Shown here: positions 8,905 to 17,753 of the stretch, one piece after another | Numbering within the stretch: the stretch's first letter is position 1 | Layout of the letters: each line of letters opens with the position of its first letter | From: Candidatus Elulimicrobium sp. | GTDB taxonomy: Bacteria; Patescibacteriota; Minisyncoccia; Phycocordibacterales; UBA918 | Direction of reading: 5' to 3' | Assembly: GCA_020720815.1 (NCBI GenBank) | Contig: DYNY01000006.1 | Span: forward strand, 1 to 60,440 | Length of the DNA: 60,440 nt | Program-made: the position numbers and the translations under genes | Notes under the pieces: generated by a model | The model's database searches: none | Seen by the model: the letters and a program-made list of their open reading frames with translations, nothing else | Told to the model about the DNA's origin: nothing

Positions 8905-9732
8905 ATGGAGAAAACTTTAAGTACAGTCATCAAAGAGAAGCTGGCAACTGGCACTAAGCCGGTTGTCGCTTTGGTAGAGGTGATTGCTAAAGAAGAGCAA
9001 GTAACTATTCAGGGAGTATACAAGGCACTACGTTACCTCAAGGTTTCAGGAGTGGTCACTATTCACAACAAGCAAGCCTCACTATCTTTGGTCTGGCTCG
9101 ATAAAGAACAGCAACGATTACAAAGAACAGCCCAGCTGTACCTAGATGAGCAGTCCTTGGTCGAAAGTTTGGTGAAGAAGCGCTCCAAGGCGAAGTTTAC
9201 TTTTCATAGTATGCGCGACATTGATCATTTTTGGGTGCAATCTTTTGCGATTCTTACCAATGAGCTTGATGTGAAGGAGTATTCATATTCTATTCAACCT
9301 CATGATTGGTATTATTATAGTGATCTTGATAGTGATGCGTTTTGGATTGGAAAGCACAAGGGGCAACAAAGGACATCAAGAATTGTCTTGACTCATGCTT
9401 CTGGTCTTGATTATGTAGTAGTGAGACAGCGCAAGAGTGAATTGGGTCGATTGTTTGAATTTACCCTCAATGAAAATCCACTCAAGCAGAAAAGCTATGA
9501 GTATTACAACGTGATTGGCCCATATGTTTTCAAGGCACTGTTTGATCAGGCTAAAGTCAAAGGGCTAGATGCATTTATTTCTTCCCATTCGCGATTACCT
9601 TTGGAAAAGCCGGATAAGGAGATTCTAAAAAATATTATAGAAAGTGAGGGAAACTATACCTTGCAAATTGAGTATTCGCCCAAGAAAGCTGACGCAATGC
9701 GCGCGAGTGTGAGTAAGTATTTTGAGTTTTAA
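8905..9732 (+). CDS. winged-helix regulator with C-terminal sensor-like domain (TrmB-like architecture)
   Basis: TIQGVYKALRYLKVSGVV HTH/wing; 275 aa. Confidence 0.6.
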   Translation: MEKTLSTVIKEKLATGTKPVVALVEVIAKEEQVTIQGVYKALRYLKVSGVVTIHNKQASLSLVWLDKEQQRLQRTAQLYLDEQSLVESLVKKRSKAKFTFHSMRDIDHFWVQSFAILTNELDVKEYSYSIQPHDWYYYSDLDSDAFWIGKHKGQQRTSRIVLTHASGLDYVVVRQRKSELGRLFEFTLNENPLKQKSYEYYNVIGPYVFKALFDQAKVKGLDAFISSHSRLPLEKPDKEILKNIIESEGNYTLQIEYSPKKADAMRASVSKYFEF

Positions 9733-9742
9733 TAATAAAGAA

Positions 9743-9770
9743 ATCGCGTGAAGCAGGAGCTTCACGCGAT
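9743..9770. terminator. terminator between convergent genes
   Basis: ATCGCGTGAAGC-agga-GCTTCACGCGAT. Confidence 0.65.
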
Positions 9771-9792
9771 GAGAAGTGTCTTGATTGCCTCT

Positions 9793-10224
9793 CTACGAAA
9801 GGTAATAGCAAATGAGCGTATTACCAAGGAGGAGGCTAACGATAACCACCATACACATGACCAATAGTGTGGTTGGTTTTAGTTGACTCAAACACGCGAT
9901 GAGCCTGTCTCAAAGCGGTTTTGGGCAGAGCGCCCCCGTCAGTGTTGTTGCTACTGTCATAAGAACGAGAAATGCGAACAAATACATTGGGAGTTGCAGG
10001 ATACTGCCGAATGCACAGAGAGAGGCTTTCCAATCACAGAATTGATTGGTAGGCCTGCTTAAGGCAGCTTATGCTTCAGGTGCAAAGAACAACGTGCCCA
10101 AAAACCACAAGGCCAGAAGGATGAGCGAGGAAGCTACTCTTTGCTTAGCTTTTCTCGGGTTGTGCGCATATGACCAAAGGTCAAATAGTGGCAAGAGAGC
10201 AAAGATCAAATAGTAAGTACTCAC
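9793..10224 (-). pseudogene. four-TM orphan membrane protein with two in-frame stops
   Basis: GAGGAG SD then GTG 10224; one frame continues through TAA (10069-71) and TGA (9910-12) to TAG 9793-95, with further hydrophobic segments. Confidence 0.6.
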
Positions 10225-10325
10225 AGGTTTCTCCTCTGAAGGGTTGGGGATCGGTCCGAAAAACATGATTACACAAATCCCTTGGGATAGTCGCTTTTTA
10301 CGACTAATTTGCTACTATAATGTGC

Positions 10326-11075
10326 ATGAATAGTCACCAGCTAAAACTACTCGGGCTGACAGTTAACGAAACCAAAATCGTTAAGGCACTTGGTCATGTA
10401 CCGATGTCTCTAGCTGAAGTAGAAAAGAAAACCACACTAGCTCACGCTAGTGTGGTAGATACACTCCGGCGACTCACCAGTAGAGGAGTGGTAAAAGTAG
10501 TTCACTCACAAAAGCGAAAAACTTATACGTGCGAAATAAGCAAGCTATTTAATGGGGACGCAGCTATCAACAAAAAGTCGTTTGGAAATATAGAAGTGTA
10601 CGAAGGAAAGGAGGCTCTGCTGTCATTAATAAGTACTGAGCTCATAAGGAACCGACACGGTCGACTACTTTCTTTTCATGGGGAAGAGATTGGTAAGGGT
10701 TGGCTCGGGATTCTTGATCCGCGGGAAATACAAAAAAGAAATGAATTGATTGTTGAACATGACATCATCGTGGAAAGGTTTGTCCCCCAGAGCGGATACC
10801 GAAGGCTCTTTAAGTCGCTACCCACTACTTGGCAGAAGACCATGATTGGTCGGACTCATGTCACCTATTTCTTGCCCGATGAATACTTTCAGACTAAGAC
10901 CGAACTCATGATGTTTTCGGACGTGGTTATGGTGTATGAAACCCACAATCAGCGGATTACTTTATTTAGAGACAAAGAAACGGTGAAGTTGTATGCCAGC
11001 CTGTTTGAAATAATACGTACAGTTGGTGTTAAAATAAATTCAGAGGAAGAGTTTGTAAGTTATCTGTATAGCTAA
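10326..11075 (+). CDS. TrmB-family transcriptional regulator
   Basis: LKLLGLTVNETKIVKAL...HASVVDTLRRLTSRGVV, IEVYEGKEAL; upstream inverted repeat TAGTCG-N7-CGACTA at 10288-10306. Confidence 0.75.
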   Translation: MNSHQLKLLGLTVNETKIVKALGHVPMSLAEVEKKTTLAHASVVDTLRRLTSRGVVKVVHSQKRKTYTCEISKLFNGDAAINKKSFGNIEVYEGKEALLSLISTELIRNRHGRLLSFHGEEIGKGWLGILDPREIQKRNELIVEHDIIVERFVPQSGYRRLFKSLPTTWQKTMIGRTHVTYFLPDEYFQTKTELMMFSDVVMVYETHNQRITLFRDKETVKLYASLFEIIRTVGVKINSEEEFVSYLYS

Positions 11076-11147
11076 CATCTGACGTACACCTAGAATCTAA
11101 TTGCTGGTTATTCGTAAAACCCTTAATTGTTCTGCTATAATTTAATC

Positions 11148-11543
11148 ATGAAGCCAGAAATATTAGATACAGAGGAAGAATTTTCGCTGGTTAAGCGCGC
11201 CAAGAGTTTTTCTTATGCTGGAAGAGGAGTTTGGGTATTTATCAAGACAACTCACAATGCTTGGATTCATCTGGCTTTGTTTGCTCTCGGTATTATGCTG
11301 GGATTATATTTTGGCATAACTAAGGTCGAGTGGATGATGTTAGTATTTGTCAGTGGATTTGTCCTGGTGGCTGAGGCTTTCAATACCGCCATTGAGATAG
11401 ATATTGACCTTACTTCACCGGATTATCATCCCTACGCCAAGGATACCAAAGACGTCGTGGCTGGAGCTGTGTTGCTGGCTGCTTCCACAGTCTTAATTAT
11501 TGGGGTGATGATTTTTGTTCCGTACATAGTAAATCTAATTTAA
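11148..11543 (+). CDS. dgkA: diacylglycerol/undecaprenol kinase (DgkA family)
   Basis: SFSYAGRG, EAFNTAIE, AKDTKDVVAGAVL. Confidence 0.9.
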   Translation: MKPEILDTEEEFSLVKRAKSFSYAGRGVWVFIKTTHNAWIHLALFALGIMLGLYFGITKVEWMMLVFVSGFVLVAEAFNTAIEIDIDLTSPDYHPYAKDTKDVVAGAVLLAASTVLIIGVMIFVPYIVNLI

Positions 11544-11565
11544 TTTGAAAGCTAGGATTATACTT

Positions 11566-11892
11566 ATGTCTAGTTTTGAATCTCAACCCTATAAACAAAC
11601 AAGTAAAGTTAATCAGCCACCTTTACCTATTTCCGGAAGAGAAAGTATGGAAGTACGGAGAAAGTTTGCTCAGCAAGAGGTGGCTGAGTTGTTAGCCTTG
11701 TTAAGTGAAAAATTAGGTAAAGCAGTTCAGCTTGAATATTTGTCAGAAGAGTTTGGTGAAGCTGGAGCGAATGTAGAGCAGTATTTCCAAGAAATTATGG
11801 CCGGTCAAGTTGAATATAATTTAATAGCTAGTCAAGCTCGCTTATTCAAAGCCAAAAATATTCTGATAAATCAAATCGAAGAGAAACACTAA
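11566..11892 (+). CDS. hypothetical protein
   Basis: Open frame with host-like composition; TAGGAT -10 just upstream. Confidence 0.55.
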   Translation: MSSFESQPYKQTSKVNQPPLPISGRESMEVRRKFAQQEVAELLALLSEKLGKAVQLEYLSEEFGEAGANVEQYFQEIMAGQVEYNLIASQARLFKAKNILINQIEEKH

Positions 11893-12118
11893 TTTGGGTT
11901 TGAAATGTAGGATACGAGCGAATTTTGGTTTTAATCTTGCAGGCATAGGCTCTGATGAGGGACAATAAACAAAAGTGGTTTGTTTTTGATAATAGTCAAA
12001 AAACTCAGCAGAATAATACCAAAAGTATTTACAGGAGTAGTCATGACCGGATGCTTTGGCTGGACGGGATTGGGTTTAGGCAGTACTCTTTTGTCAGTCT
12101 AGTTACAGAGGAGAACCC

Positions 12119-12298
12119 TTGGACACAAATCCTAATCAAGTTTGGCCGATGTCTCGTGCCTTTACCGACCGGCTGACCCGACTCGTTGAATGTTGTTCCA
12201 TTGATTCGCCCGAGTGGAAAGTTGGTTGGATAGAAGTTGAAGCTCTGGCGAACGAGGAAGTGAGGCTGTTGCCAAAGCCACCCGAGCCCACAGAATAG
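12119..12298 (+). CDS. 59-aa orphan not in the ORF track
   Basis: GAGGAG SD 12108-12113, TTG start, MDTNPNQVWPMSRAF...PKPPEPTE, hairpin 12298-12324 at the stop. Confidence 0.5.
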   Translation: MDTNPNQVWPMSRAFTDRLTRLVECCSIDSPEWKVGWIEVEALANEEVRLLPKPPEPTE

Positions 12299-12348
12299 CC
12301 CCCAGAACCTTTGGTTCCGGGGGCATTCATATTTAAATAATCTTTCTG

Positions 12349-12726
12349 TTATTGAGAGGTCTCGAGTTCGGCTTCGATTTGGTTGATCTCAGTTTCTAAG
12401 GTATCGAGGTCAGTACTTAGTAGGTCCGCTTCAATTGCACTTAGTTCATCTGAAGTGCTCATTACGGTAAGGCTTTCTATTTGAGCGGTAGCAGTTGGTG
12501 TTTCTGGTTCTTTATTGGTTTCTAAGGTAGGGCGAGTTTGGTTGAGGTCTATTACTACTGGTTGAATGCTGATACTGTACCAATAATAAAGACCTCCCAG
12601 AATTAGACCGAGAATAATAAAGAGGATGATAATTATTGGTGCTATAAACTTTTTTACTGACGCACTACTTTCTAAAAGAGTTAACGATGTCTTATTTTCA
12701 TTAGTTTTTACTTGGTTATTGTCCAT
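12349..12726 (-). CDS. single-TM hypothetical protein
   Basis: TM IAPIIIILFIILGLILGGLYYW; acidic C-terminus STSDELSAIEADL. Confidence 0.75.
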   Translation of the reverse strand: MDNNQVKTNENKTSLTLLESSASVKKFIAPIIIILFIILGLILGGLYYWYSISIQPVVIDLNQTRPTLETNKEPETPTATAQIESLTVMSTSDELSAIEADLLSTDLDTLETEINQIEAELETSQ

Positions 12727-12732
12727 AATTAT

Positions 12733-13401
12733 TTAGTTAGAAATTAGTTCCTCAGCGATGGGGTTTGTTTCATCAGCACGGATACCTGTTTCTTTGTTAT
12801 TCAAAACGGGATTTTTTAAAAACATAATAGATTCACGCAAAGCAAAGTGAGCTTGGCGGATAAGTGAGCTGGCTTCTCGGTATCGTTCACGTACGGCCTG
12901 CCAATCATTTCGGGGTTTTGTAGAGAAGGTAGCTTCATTTACTAAAGTATCGATATCTCTTAATTTAAGTCTAGCAAAAGCCAAGAGCTCGTTAGCTGAC
13001 AATAATTTTTCTCGGGCTAGTCCAGCTTCTAAACCTCCCTCCTCCACTTTTATAATGCGCTGTTCTAACCTCAGACTGATGTTAGATAGTCGCATTACAG
13101 CCGTGTCCATACGATTACTGATGTTGGCAGAAAGGTTCAGGATTCTGGTTTGGCGGACTTTGGTCAAAGCTATCCTCTGTTCTCTAGTCGTATTAACGCG
13201 TTCATTGGGTGTTACCGGGGAAATAATGTTTGGGTTTGAGGAACTTTCGACCATGATCAGTTCATCTGTCACCAGAGGGGCTGAAGTAGAAGATAAGTTT
13301 TCTGTCGCTGGCATGATCTGTGCTCCGGTTGTGCGAGCTACCAGCAAAACGGTTAAGACAAGTGGTAGAGTAATATATATTTTTTGTTTTGCGAGATTCA
13401 T
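12733..13401 (-). CDS. secreted coiled-coil hypothetical protein
   Basis: Signal peptide after ATG 13401; helical heptad pattern. Confidence 0.7.
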   Translation of the reverse strand: MNLAKQKIYITLPLVLTVLLVARTTGAQIMPATENLSSTSAPLVTDELIMVESSSNPNIISPVTPNERVNTTREQRIALTKVRQTRILNLSANISNRMDTAVMRLSNISLRLEQRIIKVEEGGLEAGLAREKLLSANELLAFARLKLRDIDTLVNEATFSTKPRNDWQAVRERYREASSLIRQAHFALRESIMFLKNPVLNNKETGIRADETNPIAEELISN

Positions 13402-13487
13402 AACTTTTAAATTAACTGCTAGGTAAAAATAGTATACCCCCTCGCGCCTTATCGGCGGGAGAGGGTATACACAATGTTGCATTCTGA

Positions 13488-14408
13488 CTAGAGCTTAAGG
13501 GCGGGCAGGATTTGTTTCTTGCGCGAGAGGATACCTGGAAGTATTTCAGTGTCAGCTTCGACCGCCACTCCAAAAGAAGCACTGATTACTTGCTTGGTCA
13601 GGTCGTTGTAGGTAAGGACGGTGGCGTTTTCATTTAGAATATCGATTATAAAGAATAAGACATCATCAATATCTCCTTCTTCCTCTATACAGGTTTTAAT
13701 TGCTTCAATAATACCTTCTTTGCGGTCTAGTACAGTGACAACGTTTGTAGTTTCTATGACAGATACGCGGAAGTTTTTATCGCCGACATTGTACTTTTTA
13801 CTATCAAGCTTTATTAAGCCGGTGTCAGTGAAGCTGGAAATATCTGATTTAGCAGTGAACATTTCATCGGCATAGGCAGTTACGTCAATCCCGAGGGTAC
13901 TAGCTAGTTTTTCGGCTACATCTTTATCGTGCGGAGTCGTGGTCGGAGAACGGAAGCCGAGAGTATCAGACAAGATAGCTGATAGCATTAAGCCTGATAT
14001 GTTAGTCGGAATAATAATACCTTCTGCGGACATGAGGTCATACATTATAGTGGCAGTGCAGGCTACTGGCTTGATCGTAATATCGGTTGGGGTTTGTGTC
14101 GTAAGCCCGCCGACAAGTTTATGATGGTCAATCAAAGCTAGAAGATTCATCTCGTTAATATTTTCCGGTAATTCTTGTGGGTTATTGGTATCAACCACCA
14201 CGACTGATTCGCCTAAAGTCAAAGGCGGTAGAAGTTCCGGGACAGCAAAACCAAAGCGTTGTAAAACAAAACTGGTTTCACTGTTTAGTTCACCAAGCAC
14301 ATAGGCGGTTGCCTCGCCCACTGTATGCTCATTTAAATACCATGACCAGACAATGGCGGCCGTTGTAGCGTCAGTATCGGGTGATAGATGTCCAAAAACT
14401 TTTATCAT
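13488..14408 (-). CDS. ppaC: Mn-dependent inorganic pyrophosphatase (family II)
   Basis: GHLSPDTD, IDHH, AILSDTL.FRSPTTT, SRKKQ. Confidence 0.93.
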   Translation of the reverse strand: MIKVFGHLSPDTDATTAAIVWSWYLNEHTVGEATAYVLGELNSETSFVLQRFGFAVPELLPPLTLGESVVVVDTNNPQELPENINEMNLLALIDHHKLVGGLTTQTPTDITIKPVACTATIMYDLMSAEGIIIPTNISGLMLSAILSDTLGFRSPTTTPHDKDVAEKLASTLGIDVTAYADEMFTAKSDISSFTDTGLIKLDSKKYNVGDKNFRVSVIETTNVVTVLDRKEGIIEAIKTCIEEEGDIDDVLFFIIDILNENATVLTYNDLTKQVISASFGVAVEADTEILPGILSRKKQILPALKL

Positions 14409-14475
14409 AAAAATAGTTAGATTAGTAAGAAGTCTAGTGTAGAACAGGAGAGGACAGGGTGCAAGTAGAAATAAT

Positions 14476-14522
14476 AAAAACAGCCAAGAACGTACTCTTA
14501 AAGTACGTTCTTGGCTGTTTTT
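14476..14522 (-). terminator. nusA terminator
   Basis: 21-bp perfect stem with 5-nt loop and T tail. Confidence 0.75.
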
Positions 14523-14542
14523 TTGGGGTCTACAAGATTAAC

Positions 14543-15964
14543 TTATTTCACTTCCTCTTCAATTTCGGCCACCTTTTCTCCTTCCTCAATTTCCTCAGCC
14601 ACTAGAGCCTCGGCTTCTTCTGGTGTATCAATTTCATTAAATTCGTCATTATCAGGATTGGTGTCACGGTCACCCATAATCTCGTCTTCTTCAGGTAGAG
14701 GTGGATTGACTGTGGTCGCATCTTCATTTTCTAAAACGTCCTCCTCACTTCCAGCTGGCGTTTCTTCACTAGCTTCTAGGGTGACATTACCGGTGGCTTC
14801 CGCCTCGGCTAGAGCTTCACCATTTTGGGCAGAGACAATATCAATTTTCCAACCAGTAAGTTTGGCGGCTAGGCGAACATTTTGACCGCCTCGTCCGATA
14901 GCTAAAGATTGTTGATCAGGGCTTACTTCAGCTACAGCATGACCGCGCTCGCCCGTTTCACTATTTGGTTCACTGACGATTTTAACATTCATTACTTGGG
15001 CTGGAGAAAGAGCATCTTCAATAAATTCACTAGCTACTCCCGACCACTCAATGATGTCAATTTTTTCGCCACCAAGTTCACTCATGACGGTAGAGACACG
15101 CACGCCACGTTGTCCGACCATTGAACCGACTGGGTCTATGTGTTGGTCGTTGGCAAAGACGGCAATCTTAGATCTAGCACCGGCTTCGCGAGCTACAGCC
15201 TTAACAGTGACAGAGCCATTTTGGAGTTCTGGGGCTTCTATTGCAAAAAGGCCAGCTAGGAAATCGGGATGAGAACGTGAGAGTTTTAGGAAAATACCGC
15301 GTGAAGTTTCTTCCACTGCGACGAGTAGCGCCCGAACTCTTTCGCCTGGTTTGTACCGCTCGCCCGGAATTTGTTCATCGTAGGGCATGATAGCCGTGAC
15401 GCGACCAAGGTCAACGTAAAGATTCCCACGTTCAAAGCGTTGAACGTGTCCCATGACAATATCACCAGCTTTTTGACCGAACTCAGCCAGGGCTGACTCC
15501 TTTTCTGCCTCACGAATTTTTTGGACAATGACTTGTTTGGCAGTTTGAGCTGCGATGCGACCGAAGTCATCTTTGGCCTCAAGAGGGAAAATTAATTCCT
15601 CACCAGTCTGAGCGTCTTTTTTAATCATTTTGGCCGTGGAAAGCATGATGTGCTTCTCTTCATCAAAACGAACCCGAGTATCGCCACTTACACTATTTGC
15701 CTCTGTCTCTGATTCTGCTTCTTCACCTTCTTCTAGTTCTGGCTTCAGCATACTTTCATCCACCACAATTTTTATTTGATGAAAGTTAGTTGCGCCAGTA
15801 TTCAGATCAAATTTACAATTAATAATCTGGCCACGCTTACCAAATTCTTTTTTATAAGCAGTGGCAAGTGATTGTTCAATCGCATCAATCATTTTTTCCT
15901 TGGTAATACCGCGTTCCTCCTCCATTTCCTGTAGTACGGCATTAATTACTTTTAAGTCGAACAT
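14543..15964 (-). CDS. nusA: transcription factor NusA
   Basis: FGRIAAQTAKQVI, S1 domain, AREAGARSKIAV, SLAIGRGGQNVRLAAKLTGWKIDI; likely start MFDLK at 15964. Confidence 0.96.
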   Translation of the reverse strand: MFDLKVINAVLQEMEEERGITKEKMIDAIEQSLATAYKKEFGKRGQIINCKFDLNTGATNFHQIKIVVDESMLKPELEEGEEAESETEANSVSGDTRVRFDEEKHIMLSTAKMIKKDAQTGEELIFPLEAKDDFGRIAAQTAKQVIVQKIREAEKESALAEFGQKAGDIVMGHVQRFERGNLYVDLGRVTAIMPYDEQIPGERYKPGERVRALLVAVEETSRGIFLKLSRSHPDFLAGLFAIEAPELQNGSVTVKAVAREAGARSKIAVFANDQHIDPVGSMVGQRGVRVSTVMSELGGEKIDIIEWSGVASEFIEDALSPAQVMNVKIVSEPNSETGERGHAVAEVSPDQQSLAIGRGGQNVRLAAKLTGWKIDIVSAQNGEALAEAEATGNVTLEASEETPAGSEEDVLENEDATTVNPPLPEEDEIMGDRDTNPDNDEFNEIDTPEEAEALVAEEIEEGEKVAEIEEEVK

Positions 15965-16124
15965 ACCAATTTTATTATTGCGTAGCAAATCCATAAAATT
16001 GAGTCTCCCATAAGTATTTATTCCTAAAACCCTTATGGGAACATCACAACCTTGTTTCATTTACTACTTAGCTTTTAAGTTTGTATAAAGTTTATGATTA
16101 AGTTTTTTTCCTATTTCTCACGAA

Positions 16125-16150
16125 GAATGCCCGGCACAAGCCGAGCATTC
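16125..16150 (-). promoter_or_regulatory. nusA leader attenuator-like hairpin
   Basis: GAATGCTCGGC-ttgt-GCCGGGCATTC-tt about 15 nt after a TATAGT -10. Confidence 0.5.
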
Positions 16151-16241
16151 ATTCAGTCCTTATACTATATATGAGGTAGGGGGAGGTGTAAAGTGCCTGT
16201 AACTAACGCCCACCTTGGCGGGGGATGCCTTCCGTAGCTAC

Positions 16242-16499
16242 TTACTTATAAATAGATTGGTCACCAATCGCTATAAAAACCACTACGTCTGCGTCCTCGT
16301 AGGAAAACACAATGCGATGTGAGTAGGTGACAGAGAAGCTGTGGAAGTCTTTCAGTCTCCCTTTGAGTCTATGTACCTTTAGTTTCTCGTGGTTTACGGA
16401 ATCTTTGAATAACTCGATACGCTCTAGGGCGTCACTTTGCAGTTCGCTTGGGAGTTTTTTAAAATCCCGTACAAAGGAGGGTTTAAAGCTAATTAGCAT
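16242..16499 (-). CDS. RelE/YafQ-like toxin without adjacent antitoxin
   Basis: SFVRDFKKL, LKVHRLKGRLKDFHSFSVTYSHRIVF, IGDQSIYK. Confidence 0.8.
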   Translation of the reverse strand: MLISFKPSFVRDFKKLPSELQSDALERIELFKDSVNHEKLKVHRLKGRLKDFHSFSVTYSHRIVFSYEDADVVVFIAIGDQSIYK

Positions 16500-16596
16500 C
16501 CTTGTCGTCATTTGGTGGATTCGTTGGTAGCCCTAATCAAGGGTGTCCCGAAAGACCATCAGCCTTAAATCAAGCGAAATTGAACGGAGAAAATAC

Positions 16597-16883
16597 ATGA
16601 ACATGAATCGAGTTGTCGTCATTAGCCTGCTTGCCTTGTCCACAATGCCCGCGACGTGGCAATGGCTGTCGCTGCGCGCCAAGCCGCTGAAGAGTTTGCC
16701 AAGGCAAAGGAGGCGCAAACTGCCAAGGTTGACCTCGATATCAGGATGGTCTACGCGGAAGCAGCCCGGCTCCAGTCACAAGCGTCAGTCGAAGCGGCGA
16801 AAAAGTTCAACGGCCAACTGCCGGCCGGTAGTCAACTGCTTTTTGGCCTTGATCAGCAAGTGCCACAATCGCCGAAGAAGTGA
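16597..16883 (+). pseudogene. internally deleted SPFH/band-7-like gene
   Basis: SD-led hydrophobic N-terminus MNMNRVVVISLLALS joined out of frame to ...AARQAAEEFAKAKEAQ...AAKKFNGQLP, which resembles the SPFH C-terminal KWNGQLP motif. Confidence 0.55.
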
Positions 16884-17005
16884 TTTGTGTCCGCGGCGGC
16901 TTTGCTGTGTGAAGCCCAAGGGTCCCGAACCAAAGTTTGTGCGCAAGCATGAATGGCGGTTCGGGTTTTTTTCTTTGGGTACAAATATAGTGATATAGTA
17001 GGTGG

Positions 17006-17752
17006 ATGCAAAAATACGACAGCGATACTACACCAATCTTACAGGTACAGAATCTGACCAAAGCTTATGGCCGTAAGACGATCTTGGAGAATTTTAATCT
17101 TGATATTGCTAAGGGGGGCTTTTTTGGTTTACTCGGTCCTAATGGGGCAGGCAAGTCTACTCTAATTCACTGTGTCACTGGTATTGCGCGTATCACCGCT
17201 GGGAAGGTTTTGGTCGGTGGGAGTGATGTTGAGACTGAGTATCAAGCGGCCAGGCGGCAAATTGGTCTCTCGCCACAGGAGTTTAACGTCGATATCTTTG
17301 CCACTCCACTCCAGCTTTTAGATTTTGTCGGTGGCTACTATGGACTTTCCGCTTCGGTGCGCAAAGAGCGAGCGGAAGAATTGATTACGCAATTTGAATT
17401 GACCGACCATGCGTATAAACAATTTAAAGAATTATCCGGTGGTCTTAAGCGTCGAGTGACTTTGGCTCGGGCACTGATGCATAAGCCACCACTCTTGATC
17501 CTTGATGAACCGACCGCTGGGGTGGATGTAGAGCAACGGCATAGCTTATGGCGCTATTTCAGGGAGCTTAATCAGTCTGGCACAACGATTATTTTGACTT
17601 CACATTATTTGGAAGAGATTGAACAGCTGTGCACTGAAGTGGCGATTATTAATAAAGGCAAATTACTAATCCGAGAATCAATCGAAGACTTTACTAAAGA
17701 AGGGTCGGTCGAAGAAAAGTATTTGCGGTTAACTTCAGGTAACACTTTCTAA
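17006..17752 (+). CDS. ABC-2 transporter ATP-binding protein (YadG-like)
   Basis: GPNGAGKST, LSGGLKRR, LILDEPTAGVD. Confidence 0.93.
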   Translation: MQKYDSDTTPILQVQNLTKAYGRKTILENFNLDIAKGGFFGLLGPNGAGKSTLIHCVTGIARITAGKVLVGGSDVETEYQAARRQIGLSPQEFNVDIFATPLQLLDFVGGYYGLSASVRKERAEELITQFELTDHAYKQFKELSGGLKRRVTLARALMHKPPLLILDEPTAGVDVEQRHSLWRYFRELNQSGTTIILTSHYLEEIEQLCTEVAIINKGKLLIRESIEDFTKEGSVEEKYLRLTSGNTF

Positions 17753-17753
17753 T

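Noticed and set aside
11955-12330. ORFs 11955..12176 (+) and 12136..12330 (-)
   Set aside because: Neither has an SD or protein-like character; the 12119-12298 frame explains the SD and terminator.
15965-16060. 32-aa N-terminal extension of NusA
   Set aside because: It is not NusA-like; MFDLK at 15964 fits better.
16543-16998. 151-aa ORF as a real gene
   Set aside because: After about 16645 it is Arg/Ser/Lys-rich off-frame text that runs through a terminator.
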